Below the pieces are notes generated by a model, which did not search any database, was not told the origin of the DNA, and was given only the letters and a program-made list of their open reading frames with translations. The position numbers and the translations under genes were made by a program. Shown in pieces: positions 1-7,991 of a DNA stretch of 64,000 nucleotides. Source of the DNA: a virus; IMG/VR virus record IMGVR_UViG_3300046665_000434, positions 90,262-154,261 of that record. One strand, 5' to 3'. Numbering within the stretch: the first letter of the stretch is position 1; the number at the start of each line of letters is the position of its first letter.

Positions 1-135
1 GTTGTTATTGCCGACGAGTTCGACAACATCATCGAACTCCTGTTCAGGATCACCAAGGTGTTCGCCGGTCAGGATCAGAGGCCGATCGATCTCACCTGCT
101 TCTACCGCATAGTCGAACAGCGGGTTATTTAACAT
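1..135 (-). CDS. 5' part of a head protein, paralog of 2921..4252 (runs off the window edge)
   Basis: My translation from ATG at 135: MLNNPLFDYAVEAGEIDRPL..., similar to the N-terminus NLLMGYAVESG of 2921..4252; same strand as the neighbouring genes. Confidence 0.6.
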   Translation of the reverse strand, partial: MLNNPLFDYAVEAGEIDRPLILTGEHLGDPEQEFDDVVELVGNNN

Positions 136-162
136 GGATTGCTCACTTGTGCTGAGTGTTGG

Positions 163-2856
163 TTATTCCGTAGTACGTTTGATATCGACTCGCATCGATG
201 CCAGCGTCTTATAGATATCGATCGGCTCACACTTGAGGATATACTCCTCGATCGTGTGTTGTGTCTTGTACTCGTTCTGAATGCCGTTCTGCTGATTGAG
301 ATTAGGAAACCATCCGTCTTCCGCTTCAGCTTTGATGGTGTACAAGAACACCGGCAGGCGCAGAACATCGTTCAACGTGAAGCTGTCTGGTGTTTCGATC
401 GTGATACGTTTTGTCTTCTGATCGTAGTGATACCGATCCAGACGCCATTTCTTTTCGATCGCAGACGAGATACCCAGCATGATGGCTTCATGCCGATCCG
501 ATGAACTATACAGCCATTCATTGGATTCAGTACCGTCCCACTCAACCAACTTACCTGAACGCAAGAAGCCAGGCATCAGCTCCTCTTGTTTATACATCGA
601 CCCGTGGTACAGGTAGTGCGGCAGCTCAAACCCTGAGGATTCTTTACTGTAGCTACGTTCCTGTCCCCAACCTTGGCCGCTGTGGCCGCTCTGGTCAAGC
701 GTATTGCCGATACCTAAGATGTCAGCCAGCAACTGACCAAGACCTTGCAGGAACGAGAACGTGAAGCCTTCTGACGAGTATTCGGATATGTCCACCGACT
801 CCAGAGACAGATACGCGCCCAATGGATCAGTGACCATTCGTTTCTCAAGCGCCAGCGTGTCGAGGTCGACGTTCTTCACCGACATGATCGCAGCTACCTG
901 AGCCTGACTCCACTCCAGGATCTCGTTACTACGAGTACTGATGTTAGGCTGACTGCCGGTATCGAGCAAGAACGAGAACACATCCACGTCCTCATCCTGA
1001 CCAAGGCGCGCAGCACGAGCGATGGTCTGGATCTTGATCGCTTCACGGAATGCCTGATTGAGCAGCAGGATACGGTTGGCTGCCGTCAGCGGAACCCCGG
1101 TCGACAGGGACTGGTAGGTCGCAATCAACGGATTGAGGTCTTCGTCCTTATAGAACTTAGCCACAATCTGAGGCAGGTCTTTGTTAGTAGCGCCAAAGAT
1201 ACGAGCAGGGGAATACCCGTCCTTGAAGACCTTCTCAGCAACAGCCTCGACGACCTCTACCCAGCTGGTGAAGATCAGCGTCTTCTTCTTGGCACCATCG
1301 ATGTATTTCTCAAAGTCGATGTACTGCACCATTTCGACGTGACACTTGGAACGCATGCCGCCAACAATCGAGCCGAGCGCCTCACCCATCACTTTGAGTG
1401 GTAGGTACTTCACGACACTCTTAGCCGATCTGAACTCAGCCTTCATTGCAGAAGGTAGAGACGGGATGATCTGCTTACGCTCGTACTGGTTGGCGAGCAT
1501 CGCCTCTTCTTTCATGGTCCGTGGATCGAATCCAGAGGACACGATCTTCACTGCCTTGTTGTACTCGACGAATTCTCTCCGTTGAGCATCATTGGTTAGT
1601 GTCTTCTCGAACCAGTCAAGACCTGCCTGATACTGGCGTTCGTAAGCCTTACGGTTGAGTTCGTAATAGTGCGTACGCTCATCGATGAATTTTCGCAACA
1701 CCGTACTGATGTTCTCAAGCGTGTACTTGTCGCCGTCCGGCATCTTGACGAGAACTTGCTCTTCGGTAACGTTGGTCTTGACCACGTCTTGTTTAGGGAC
1801 ATGGTACTTGAGGTGCCCCATCCGGTTACGCAGGATATCGTTGGCGCGCTTTGCATCACGGCCGTAGATCTTCCTGAAGCGTTCTTCCGTATCGTTGTCA
1901 AACAACGGGTCGATACACTTGAGGAATGGGATACACTCAACGCCCAGCGCCAAGATAGGCGTACCGGACGACCAGATGGAATAACTGACAGCCTTCATCT
2001 GGCACAGTTCGATCAGCAGTTGCGCACGGTCGGACTGGATACGGTTGAAGTTGTGGGACTCATCAAGAATAACAAACGTGTTGTTAAACTCACGGCTGTT
2101 GGCCTTGACGTAATCCAACATTTCCTCAAGCGACTCGTAATGGCAGATGTAGTAGTGCTTGTCCAACGTCAATGGTTGTCCGCTGGTGCTGTACCAGTAA
2201 GGACGGCGCTTGGTCAGAATACCATCGATGGTATCTTTCCAGACGGTCTCAGTTACTGGTTTAGGGCAGATCACGATCACCTTGTTAGGGTGAGTAGATT
2301 CCGCACACACCAACGTACCAACGGTCTTACCGCTACCAGCGCCTGCATCGAGCATGTAGCCCTTCAGCTGGAAGGCTGGGACCAGACGTCCAAAGATCTC
2401 GATGAACTCGCTCTGGAACGGTTTGAGAGGGAATGGAGCCAACCCGACAATAGAGTCAGGGTCAGTCGCCATCTTGAAACTCTTACCGTTAGGATTGCTG
2501 AGCTTACCGCCCTTCTGCTGAGACTGGATTTCAAGAGCTTGTCGATCAGCATCACCCAGCCAAGTGTTTTCCTTACACTCGTCAATGATCTTTTGCAGTA
2601 CACGTTTTGGCGTACGTGTTTGTCTGTCGTCGTAGATACGTTGACAGATATACAGGAAGTCAGGGCCGAAGAAGTGACGCATGCGGATCTCAGACGACCG
2701 CACCACCGAGAACATGTATTTGAAGAGGGTGTTGTTACCCCAAAGCCGATACATGTCACGACGTAGCAATTCGGTACTGATCCCTTCAATAATCAGAAAG
2801 GTTGGGGTGGATTCAACTTCGATCAACCCTAGGCGACGTTTCAATCCTGCAAACAT
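163..2856 (-). CDS. Virion SF2 (SNF2/DEAD-like) helicase with an extra C-terminal ART-like domain
   Basis: Walker A GAGSGKT, ILDESH, motif III SGTP, motif V STGV, motif VI QTIARAARLGQ; start placed at ATG 2856 (track starts at GTG 2868). Confidence 0.85.
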   Translation of the reverse strand: MFAGLKRRLGLIEVESTPTFLIIEGISTELLRRDMYRLWGNNTLFKYMFSVVRSSEIRMRHFFGPDFLYICQRIYDDRQTRTPKRVLQKIIDECKENTWLGDADRQALEIQSQQKGGKLSNPNGKSFKMATDPDSIVGLAPFPLKPFQSEFIEIFGRLVPAFQLKGYMLDAGAGSGKTVGTLVCAESTHPNKVIVICPKPVTETVWKDTIDGILTKRRPYWYSTSGQPLTLDKHYYICHYESLEEMLDYVKANSREFNNTFVILDESHNFNRIQSDRAQLLIELCQMKAVSYSIWSSGTPILALGVECIPFLKCIDPLFDNDTEERFRKIYGRDAKRANDILRNRMGHLKYHVPKQDVVKTNVTEEQVLVKMPDGDKYTLENISTVLRKFIDERTHYYELNRKAYERQYQAGLDWFEKTLTNDAQRREFVEYNKAVKIVSSGFDPRTMKEEAMLANQYERKQIIPSLPSAMKAEFRSAKSVVKYLPLKVMGEALGSIVGGMRSKCHVEMVQYIDFEKYIDGAKKKTLIFTSWVEVVEAVAEKVFKDGYSPARIFGATNKDLPQIVAKFYKDEDLNPLIATYQSLSTGVPLTAANRILLLNQAFREAIKIQTIARAARLGQDEDVDVFSFLLDTGSQPNISTRSNEILEWSQAQVAAIMSVKNVDLDTLALEKRMVTDPLGAYLSLESVDISEYSSEGFTFSFLQGLGQLLADILGIGNTLDQSGHSGQGWGQERSYSKESSGFELPHYLYHGSMYKQEELMPGFLRSGKLVEWDGTESNEWLYSSSDRHEAIMLGISSAIEKKWRLDRYHYDQKTKRITIETPDSFTLNDVLRLPVFLYTIKAEAEDGWFPNLNQQNGIQNEYKTQHTIEEYILKCEPIDIYKTLASMRVDIKRTTE

Positions 2857-2920
2857 GGTGACTCTCACTTAGAGCCTGGGGCCCCTGAATTCATGGAACC
2901 CCAGTCAGTGTGGGGATTGA

Positions 2921-4252
2921 CTACTTCTTCTCTTCTTTCTTTTCAGCTTTCTTGAAGATGGTGTAACACTCGACGTTGGTTCTGAGGATACGAACACCGC
3001 AACGTTGGAAGTTGTCGCACTCTTGGGCGATTTCATTGTAACCCATCGACATCTTCATGAACGCATTGATAACGTACTTATAGCCTGCGTATTTCGAGAT
3101 GCGTTTCTTGTAAGTGGCAAGCGCCACATTACGTGCGGCTTTCCAGTCGTCTTTCCGCTGCTGCTCGTTGGCGCTAAGGTGTTCGCCCCGAAGATTCGCC
3201 AGATCTGCACTGCCCAGACTCCAGCCGTATTCCCTGTCAGTTTCTCTCAAAATTTTATCGAGAGTATCACCTTCGGTCTTGGTGGCCTTGTCCAAGATCT
3301 GTTGGTAACGCTGACTCATGCCGGTGAATCTGCCAATGGTGGCCTGGATCGAATCGTTGATCGTCTTCTGCTCGAACGAGAAGGCTTCCAGCGCATTGAC
3401 TGCCTCGACCAGATCCTTGATTTCCATCGGAGCAGTTTCGGTGACTTGGTGCGTACGATTATGCCGCTTGACGGACAGGGCGAAATGCTGCTTGGGATCG
3501 AACACCGCTTTACTGTCTTCGATGAACGGCATCTCGGTGACCCGGTTAAAACCGATCTCGTGATAAATATCTTCAGAGCTAGTCACGCCCTCGAGAGTCG
3601 CAGGATCAAGGCGAATAACGTCTTCCTGGATCTTGGACAGTTTACGCGTGGTGTCTTGGATATGGCGAACGGCTTCATGGATGTCAGACATCTTGATGGC
3701 GAACTTACCACTGGCGGTGAATCCGTATCCAGGAGCCGCCATCGAGAACGCTCTGACCTTCTTGTCAGACAGTGTCGGAATGATCTCTTTGATCGCGCGC
3801 AGATCGTCAGCGACTTTAGCAGCGTGGTGGATACGCATGCCTAGCAGCTTTCTGAGGCCCTCCATGAACTTTGCAGCAGCTTGCTTGATCCATTCCCAGA
3901 TCTTGGCGAGGAAGCTTTTCTGCTTATCCTCAGCTTCGGTAGAGTAATCCGACGCCGACTCGAACGAAGGCGCAATCAGACTGATCGGCAGATGTGCGAT
4001 ACCGGCAGACTGGATCAGCGCACCTACCGCTACCTCGTACTGTTTAGCAGTCGCCGCAGTAGCTTCTATCGACAAGAAACGCAGAGACAGACTCTCCATG
4101 CTTTCGACGAAGGAGATTGCTCTTACCAAGTCATGACCATGCTGACGGATTGCATGGACAGCCTCTTGGGAATACTCGATTGGAACTAGTACTGGCACCG
4201 CACCGGATTCCACGGCATAGCCCATCAATAGGTTATCTTCACGCATGATCAT
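2921..4252 (-). CDS. phiKZ-type internal head / inner-body protein
   Basis: N-terminus rich in S/A-x-E protease motifs (AVE, SQE, SME, SIE, SFE, STE) followed by the KIWEWIKQ amphipathic helix typical of this family. Confidence 0.7.
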   Translation of the reverse strand: MIMREDNLLMGYAVESGAVPVLVPIEYSQEAVHAIRQHGHDLVRAISFVESMESLSLRFLSIEATAATAKQYEVAVGALIQSAGIAHLPISLIAPSFESASDYSTEAEDKQKSFLAKIWEWIKQAAAKFMEGLRKLLGMRIHHAAKVADDLRAIKEIIPTLSDKKVRAFSMAAPGYGFTASGKFAIKMSDIHEAVRHIQDTTRKLSKIQEDVIRLDPATLEGVTSSEDIYHEIGFNRVTEMPFIEDSKAVFDPKQHFALSVKRHNRTHQVTETAPMEIKDLVEAVNALEAFSFEQKTINDSIQATIGRFTGMSQRYQQILDKATKTEGDTLDKILRETDREYGWSLGSADLANLRGEHLSANEQQRKDDWKAARNVALATYKKRISKYAGYKYVINAFMKMSMGYNEIAQECDNFQRCGVRILRTNVECYTIFKKAEKKEEKK

Positions 4253-4281
4253 GTCCCAAATAAGGAAGTAGTTTCATAAAA

Positions 4282-4596
4282 TTACGCTGCCGGAAAGCAG
4301 GTCTCTGGAATGTCTGGAAGATCGACAGTAATCCCAGCTTTGTCGTGCGTACAATCGGCACAATAGATGATGGTGTTGTTCGTCACGAAGCTGTGACAGA
4401 TTGAATTCAGCCAGTCTTTGGAGACCTTGACTGACGGCGTAAACGTGATCATTGAGGCATCCTGATTCCAGCCCCAGTTATAATCAGGACGGACATGGTA
4501 GACCCGTATCCAATGCAGTTCATCGCATGCGGGGCAATAGAAAGCTACTCCGTCACCGCGCTTTACCAACTTAGATCCTAACCGTTCCATAATCAC
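4282..4596 (-). CDS. Small Cys/His metal-binding protein (DUF6527-like)
   Basis: CPACxxxH, WGWN..TFTPSV, CHSFVT..I.YCADCTH pattern. Confidence 0.65.
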   Translation of the reverse strand: MIMERLGSKLVKRGDGVAFYCPACDELHWIRVYHVRPDYNWGWNQDASMITFTPSVKVSKDWLNSICHSFVTNNTIIYCADCTHDKAGITVDLPDIPETCFPAA

Positions 4597-4645
4597 ACCT
4601 CTCGTTAAAAGTTATTATATAGCCTAATCTTCTTGGACAGTCATC

Positions 4646-5443
4646 ATGCTAGCGGTCATTATTAAAGGCAATCCGAAGTTCATCAACACTCCGCTAGCTA
4701 AGTCGTACTATAGTGATATCGAGACGTTTCTAAAATCTCTCGGTTACACAGTTGAGTTTAATGCCGGTAAAGACTACACTCGTCCTAGACAGGATGCGGA
4801 TCTCTATATCGGACATTCTCGTGGTGCCGACCGTTATGACTTCATGGACGCTAAGAACAAAAGCAAGTTCTTGAAGTTCGGTGTCCTTGAAGGCTATATC
4901 CATCCGGTAGATGCCGCGTGGCAGAAAGTAACGAAGCCTGGAACCGGCGTTCCCCCAAACGAACACTTCATCTTCACTGATGAGCAGAAAGAAGCTATCC
5001 GAAGTAAAACGGCCGAGCTCTCTACGGAATCGAACTCAACTGTCGATACGTTGATTGCTAACGCCATGAAAGAAAAGTTCCTTGGCCCAGCCTCTCTTAA
5101 TAAACACATGGAGAATCTGGTTGTCATCGAGTCTAATGGTAAACCTGTAGGCTTCTATATACCGTTCCAAGAAAAGGACGGTGTCTGGCGTACGGGATCG
5201 ATTTACCTGCTACCTGAATATCGTGGACGTGGGATCGCTAAAGACGTGATCGCCAAGTTCGCGAAAGAGCGGAGAGTAAGGGCATGGATAGAGCGTGGAA
5301 ATACAGCCAGCGTTCGGGCCTTTACTGCGGCAGGGTTGGCGGGGACTGGACGACGCTTGCTGGTGAACGGTAAGCACTTTGATGAGTACGTTACTCTTGA
5401 AGAATCGTTAGAGCGCAATACGCGTATCCTGAGCTGGGACTAA
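4646..5443 (+). CDS. Two-domain protein: GHSRG hydrolase-like domain + GNAT acetyltransferase
   Basis: YIGHSRG; GNAT motif A IYLLPEYRGRGIAK and motif B NTASVRAF; STE linker and SLE..W tail. Confidence 0.7.
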   Translation: MLAVIIKGNPKFINTPLAKSYYSDIETFLKSLGYTVEFNAGKDYTRPRQDADLYIGHSRGADRYDFMDAKNKSKFLKFGVLEGYIHPVDAAWQKVTKPGTGVPPNEHFIFTDEQKEAIRSKTAELSTESNSTVDTLIANAMKEKFLGPASLNKHMENLVVIESNGKPVGFYIPFQEKDGVWRTGSIYLLPEYRGRGIAKDVIAKFAKERRVRAWIERGNTASVRAFTAAGLAGTGRRLLVNGKHFDEYVTLEESLERNTRILSWD

Positions 5444-5449
5444 TCATTA

Positions 5450-5734
5450 TATGCAAGCACCGGGTAGGGTGTAAGCAGACGGTGGCGGTTACGCCTGATC
5501 GAGTGACACACTCCTCGGTTAGGTAACCAGTGGTCAGGATGTCCTCTCTGACCTAAGACGTTATTGCTGTGGGTGCGATAACGTCTGCTGAAGCGAATGC
5601 TCAGCCTACAACGTTTGGTAGCGCGGGGACATGCCAAACGTTGTGGGGTGGACATACATACCCCAGTGTGACCACTACCGTACATCCCTCGATCCTTCCA
5701 CTCCTAGGGATCGAGGGATGTACCTTTCTTTATG
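5450..5734 (+). ncRNA. Putative structured non-coding RNA A
   Basis: No credible ORF; five hairpins inside a closing helix 5479-5485/5675-5681; TATG at 5450; 15-bp terminator stem 5681-5722. Confidence 0.6.
5681..5731 (+). terminator. Intrinsic terminator
   Basis: TACATCCCTCGATCC / GGATCGAGGGATGTA perfect stem followed by CCTTTCTTT. Confidence 0.75.
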
Positions 5735-5749
5735 CCGCATCCATACTTT

Positions 5750-5789
5750 TTCAATGAAATTATCTACAGTCATACATAACGGAGGTGAC
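5750..5789 (+). promoter_or_regulatory. Putative phage (early) promoter, copy 1
   Basis: 32/40 identical to 22341-22380; both lie at the head of + strand accessory gene clusters. Confidence 0.65.
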
Positions 5790-5802
5790 TAAACAAACCA
5801 AT

Positions 5803-5815
5803 GTCCGAGGAGGAC
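5803..5815 (+). promoter_or_regulatory. SD-containing hairpin (GTCC-GAGGA-GGAC variant)
   Basis: One of ten copies; compensatory stem variant. Confidence 0.7.
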
Positions 5816-5817
5816 TC

Positions 5818-6159
5818 ATGTCGTATTCTAATGCATTGAAAATCGGTGGTGTGCTGGTATTGGCTGCAATCGGTGTCGTAGCTGCTGTCAAAGCGTACCA
5901 CGAGAAAGAAGCCGCTTCTGAAGAGAAGCTAAAACCTCTCCAGACACTGGCCATGAAAGTAATGCTCAATAAACTCCTGGTGGAGATCAGCGAGCTGATC
6001 GTATCCAAACAGGTGATGCCGGATGACGATCTGTTTATCAGAGTCAGGGTGTTCAGGGATCTCGCCAAGGCCGACTATGTAGATCTCAGCCATCTTGACC
6101 TGTGTATGCTGGTTCAGGAAGCGCAGGGCATACTGTCCACACTCAAATCCATGCCTTAA
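5818..6159 (+). CDS. Small N-terminally membrane-anchored protein (paralog of 7203..7553)
   Basis: ATG 5818 right after the SD hairpin; hydrophobic N-terminus LKIGGVLVLAAIGVVAAVKAY. Confidence 0.75.
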   Translation: MSYSNALKIGGVLVLAAIGVVAAVKAYHEKEAASEEKLKPLQTLAMKVMLNKLLVEISELIVSKQVMPDDDLFIRVRVFRDLAKADYVDLSHLDLCMLVQEAQGILSTLKSMP

Positions 6160-6170
6160 TAGGAGGTTAC

Positions 6171-6626
6171 GTGAAGAATCCATTCAAACGTTACGCAACT
6201 ATATTCGATCGGTTGGCAGATAGTTTTCGAATCCGTACCTTTTCTCCTAAGGACGAGGTGAAGGACGTTGTAGAAATAGGCTTCGTTGAGGCATTAGGTA
6301 TATATCTTCACCACATCACGCGTGACCTTATTCGTCAAGGACATTCTGTAATGAGTGTCGTCGGTAAGGTCAAAGCCGCCAGAAGTGACGGTTGGGAAGA
6401 TGATATCGCCGCAATGATCAACGAGTATACCAGTCGCTCTACGGTCACGTATCAGCGCTATCCGGCCGGTGTCATGTCGATAGGTATCCCTCAACAAACT
6501 TATCGCTTGAAGCTGGTGCGTACGGTGAAGAAACCGGCTTCGGATTTCGCGGGAGATATGACCCGCGGAAAAGTAGAACTGTCGGAACAAGTGCTGACCA
6601 CTATCAAAAATTATTCGTCGGACTGA
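6171..6626 (+). CDS. Hypothetical protein
   Basis: AGGAGG at 6161 then in-frame GTG at 6171. Confidence 0.7.
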   Translation: MKNPFKRYATIFDRLADSFRIRTFSPKDEVKDVVEIGFVEALGIYLHHITRDLIRQGHSVMSVVGKVKAARSDGWEDDIAAMINEYTSRSTVTYQRYPAGVMSIGIPQQTYRLKLVRTVKKPASDFAGDMTRGKVELSEQVLTTIKNYSSD

Positions 6627-6636
6627 TCCGACTAAA

Positions 6637-6650
6637 GACCGTAGGAGGTC
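6637..6650 (+). promoter_or_regulatory. SD-containing hairpin GACC-GTAGGA-GGTC
   Basis: Repeat motif, 3 nt before ATG. Confidence 0.7.
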
Positions 6651-6653
6651 ATC

Positions 6654-7172
6654 ATGTTTCTTGTTTCTCGCAGTATCTTCAATCAACTCAAATCTGATTA
6701 TCTCGACCTCCCTCTCGGCGCCATCGATGAAGGTCTGCGTAACAGCATCCGTAAGATCAACATGATGAACGGTATAGTGACGTTCGCTTGCTGTGAAAGC
6801 CATTTGGAGACTGAGGAGTTTCCAGAATACGGTAGTCAATTCTACGTCGCCTTCCGGGCTAGCACTAACTACGGTATCCTTAAAATAAAGAGCATCTACA
6901 AAGGCTTTGCAGGACAGCTGGAGTTGATGGTCCCAAACCCTTATCTTGAGAATGAGTTATCGTGGACCAACCCGCGACTCGAGATCGATGAGACCTGTCA
7001 AGTTGATGGTACTGATCGACAATGGTCATTAGTGATCAGAGTAACCGTATTCAGCCATTCTTTCAAGGAAGTAGTCCTTAAAGCTTTCGAGAATGCTGTC
7101 AATAAAGAGCTGGTGCGGGACATCCCAAAAACAACTGCGGCTAAGCCGCGCCGATTCAGGCCGTCTTTCTAA
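6654..7172 (+). CDS. Hypothetical protein with TYW3-like N-terminal motif
   Basis: IDEGLRNSIRKIN...VTFACCESH resembles the ID..I..lv..IN....T.ssCsG motif. Confidence 0.6.
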   Translation: MFLVSRSIFNQLKSDYLDLPLGAIDEGLRNSIRKINMMNGIVTFACCESHLETEEFPEYGSQFYVAFRASTNYGILKIKSIYKGFAGQLELMVPNPYLENELSWTNPRLEIDETCQVDGTDRQWSLVIRVTVFSHSFKEVVLKAFENAVNKELVRDIPKTTAAKPRRFRPSF

Positions 7173-7186
7173 ATCTTACTGTCATC

Positions 7187-7199
7187 GACCGAGGAGGTC
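7187..7199 (+). promoter_or_regulatory. SD-containing hairpin GACC-GAGGA-GGTC
   Basis: Repeat motif, 3 nt before ATG. Confidence 0.7.
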
Positions 7200-7202
7200 A
7201 TT

Positions 7203-7553
7203 ATGTCGCTTTATAACGTATTGAAAGTTGGTGCTGTACTGGCAGTTGCTGGCGCTGCCGGCTACATTGGTTACAAAGCCATAGTGGCCTATAAAGAAGA
7301 ACAGGAGTATCAGGCAAAGCAAGAAGAAATCAACGACATTAAAACACAGTTAGTGTTAAAAATGATGTCCATCCGCCTGATCGTTTCTTTCAACGGTTCT
7401 GAATGGCTGGAGATTAAAGATCCTCAGGCTTACAGTTATTACGTAGATCTTGTCAACGCCCGCAGCACCGGTTACCGTGGATTCAGCCATGCTGACTTCA
7501 AGCTCCTCTTGTACAAGCTGGAATACGTGTACGCAGTAGTTACTGCACGGTAA
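7203..7553 (+). CDS. Small N-terminally membrane-anchored protein (paralog of 5818..6159)
   Basis: MSLYNVLKVGAVLAVAGAAGYIGYKAI followed by a charged helix. Confidence 0.8.
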   Translation: MSLYNVLKVGAVLAVAGAAGYIGYKAIVAYKEEQEYQAKQEEINDIKTQLVLKMMSIRLIVSFNGSEWLEIKDPQAYSYYVDLVNARSTGYRGFSHADFKLLLYKLEYVYAVVTAR

Positions 7554-7555
7554 TA

Positions 7556-7597
7556 TACAGGAGAGGCGTAAGCCTCTCCTGTACTCTTCTTTTTTTT
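7556..7597 (+). terminator. Intrinsic terminator
   Basis: TACAGGAGAGGC-GTAA-GCCTCTCCTGTA plus T tract. Confidence 0.85.
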
Positions 7598-7627
7598 GTT
7601 GTAATAGCTTACATTTGGTTTCAATAC

Positions 7628-7933
7628 TATGTAGAAGTACCCGTGGCTAATAGCCATTACAGTACAGCCATGCTCTTTAACAACTCGGTGTCAGTCACAG
7701 TAAGTGCTATCTCAGTACAGCTCCCTGATAATGACTCTCTAGCATAGCGGGTATCCAGCCCTGCATCTTAGCGCCTTTCTGGAACGATAAGCGCGCTCCA
7801 TTCGATCATGTACGAAATATCAAGTCGTTGAGCAGTAAGGGCGCTGCGCTCTGGCGATACACGACAAGGGTTGAGTCGGGTCTTTGGAAGAAACAAAGAA
7901 GTCATACGGCCCGGCCTTGCGCCGGGCTTTATG
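7628..7933 (+). ncRNA. Putative structured non-coding RNA B
   Basis: Lies between two terminators; TATG at 7628; nested long-range helices 7638-43/7748-53, 7756-62/7867-73, 7770-78/7837-45. Confidence 0.45.
7903..7933 (+). terminator. CATA..TATG-flanked hairpin terminator
   Basis: GCCCGGC-CTTGC-GCCGGGC-TTTATG. Confidence 0.65.
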
Positions 7934-7991
7934 CTGTATGTAAGTATTTATAATGACGAAGTACTTATGAACATCAGTGTAGACTTCCGCC

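Noticed and set aside
1-132. + strand open frame VVIADEFDNI...
   Set aside because: The minus-strand frame from ATG 135 matches the neighbouring head-protein paralog and the operon direction
5440-5757. Short ORFs 5440..5685(-) and 5569..5757(+)
   Set aside because: No SD, atypical composition, and they cross strong hairpins; the region is better explained as structured RNA
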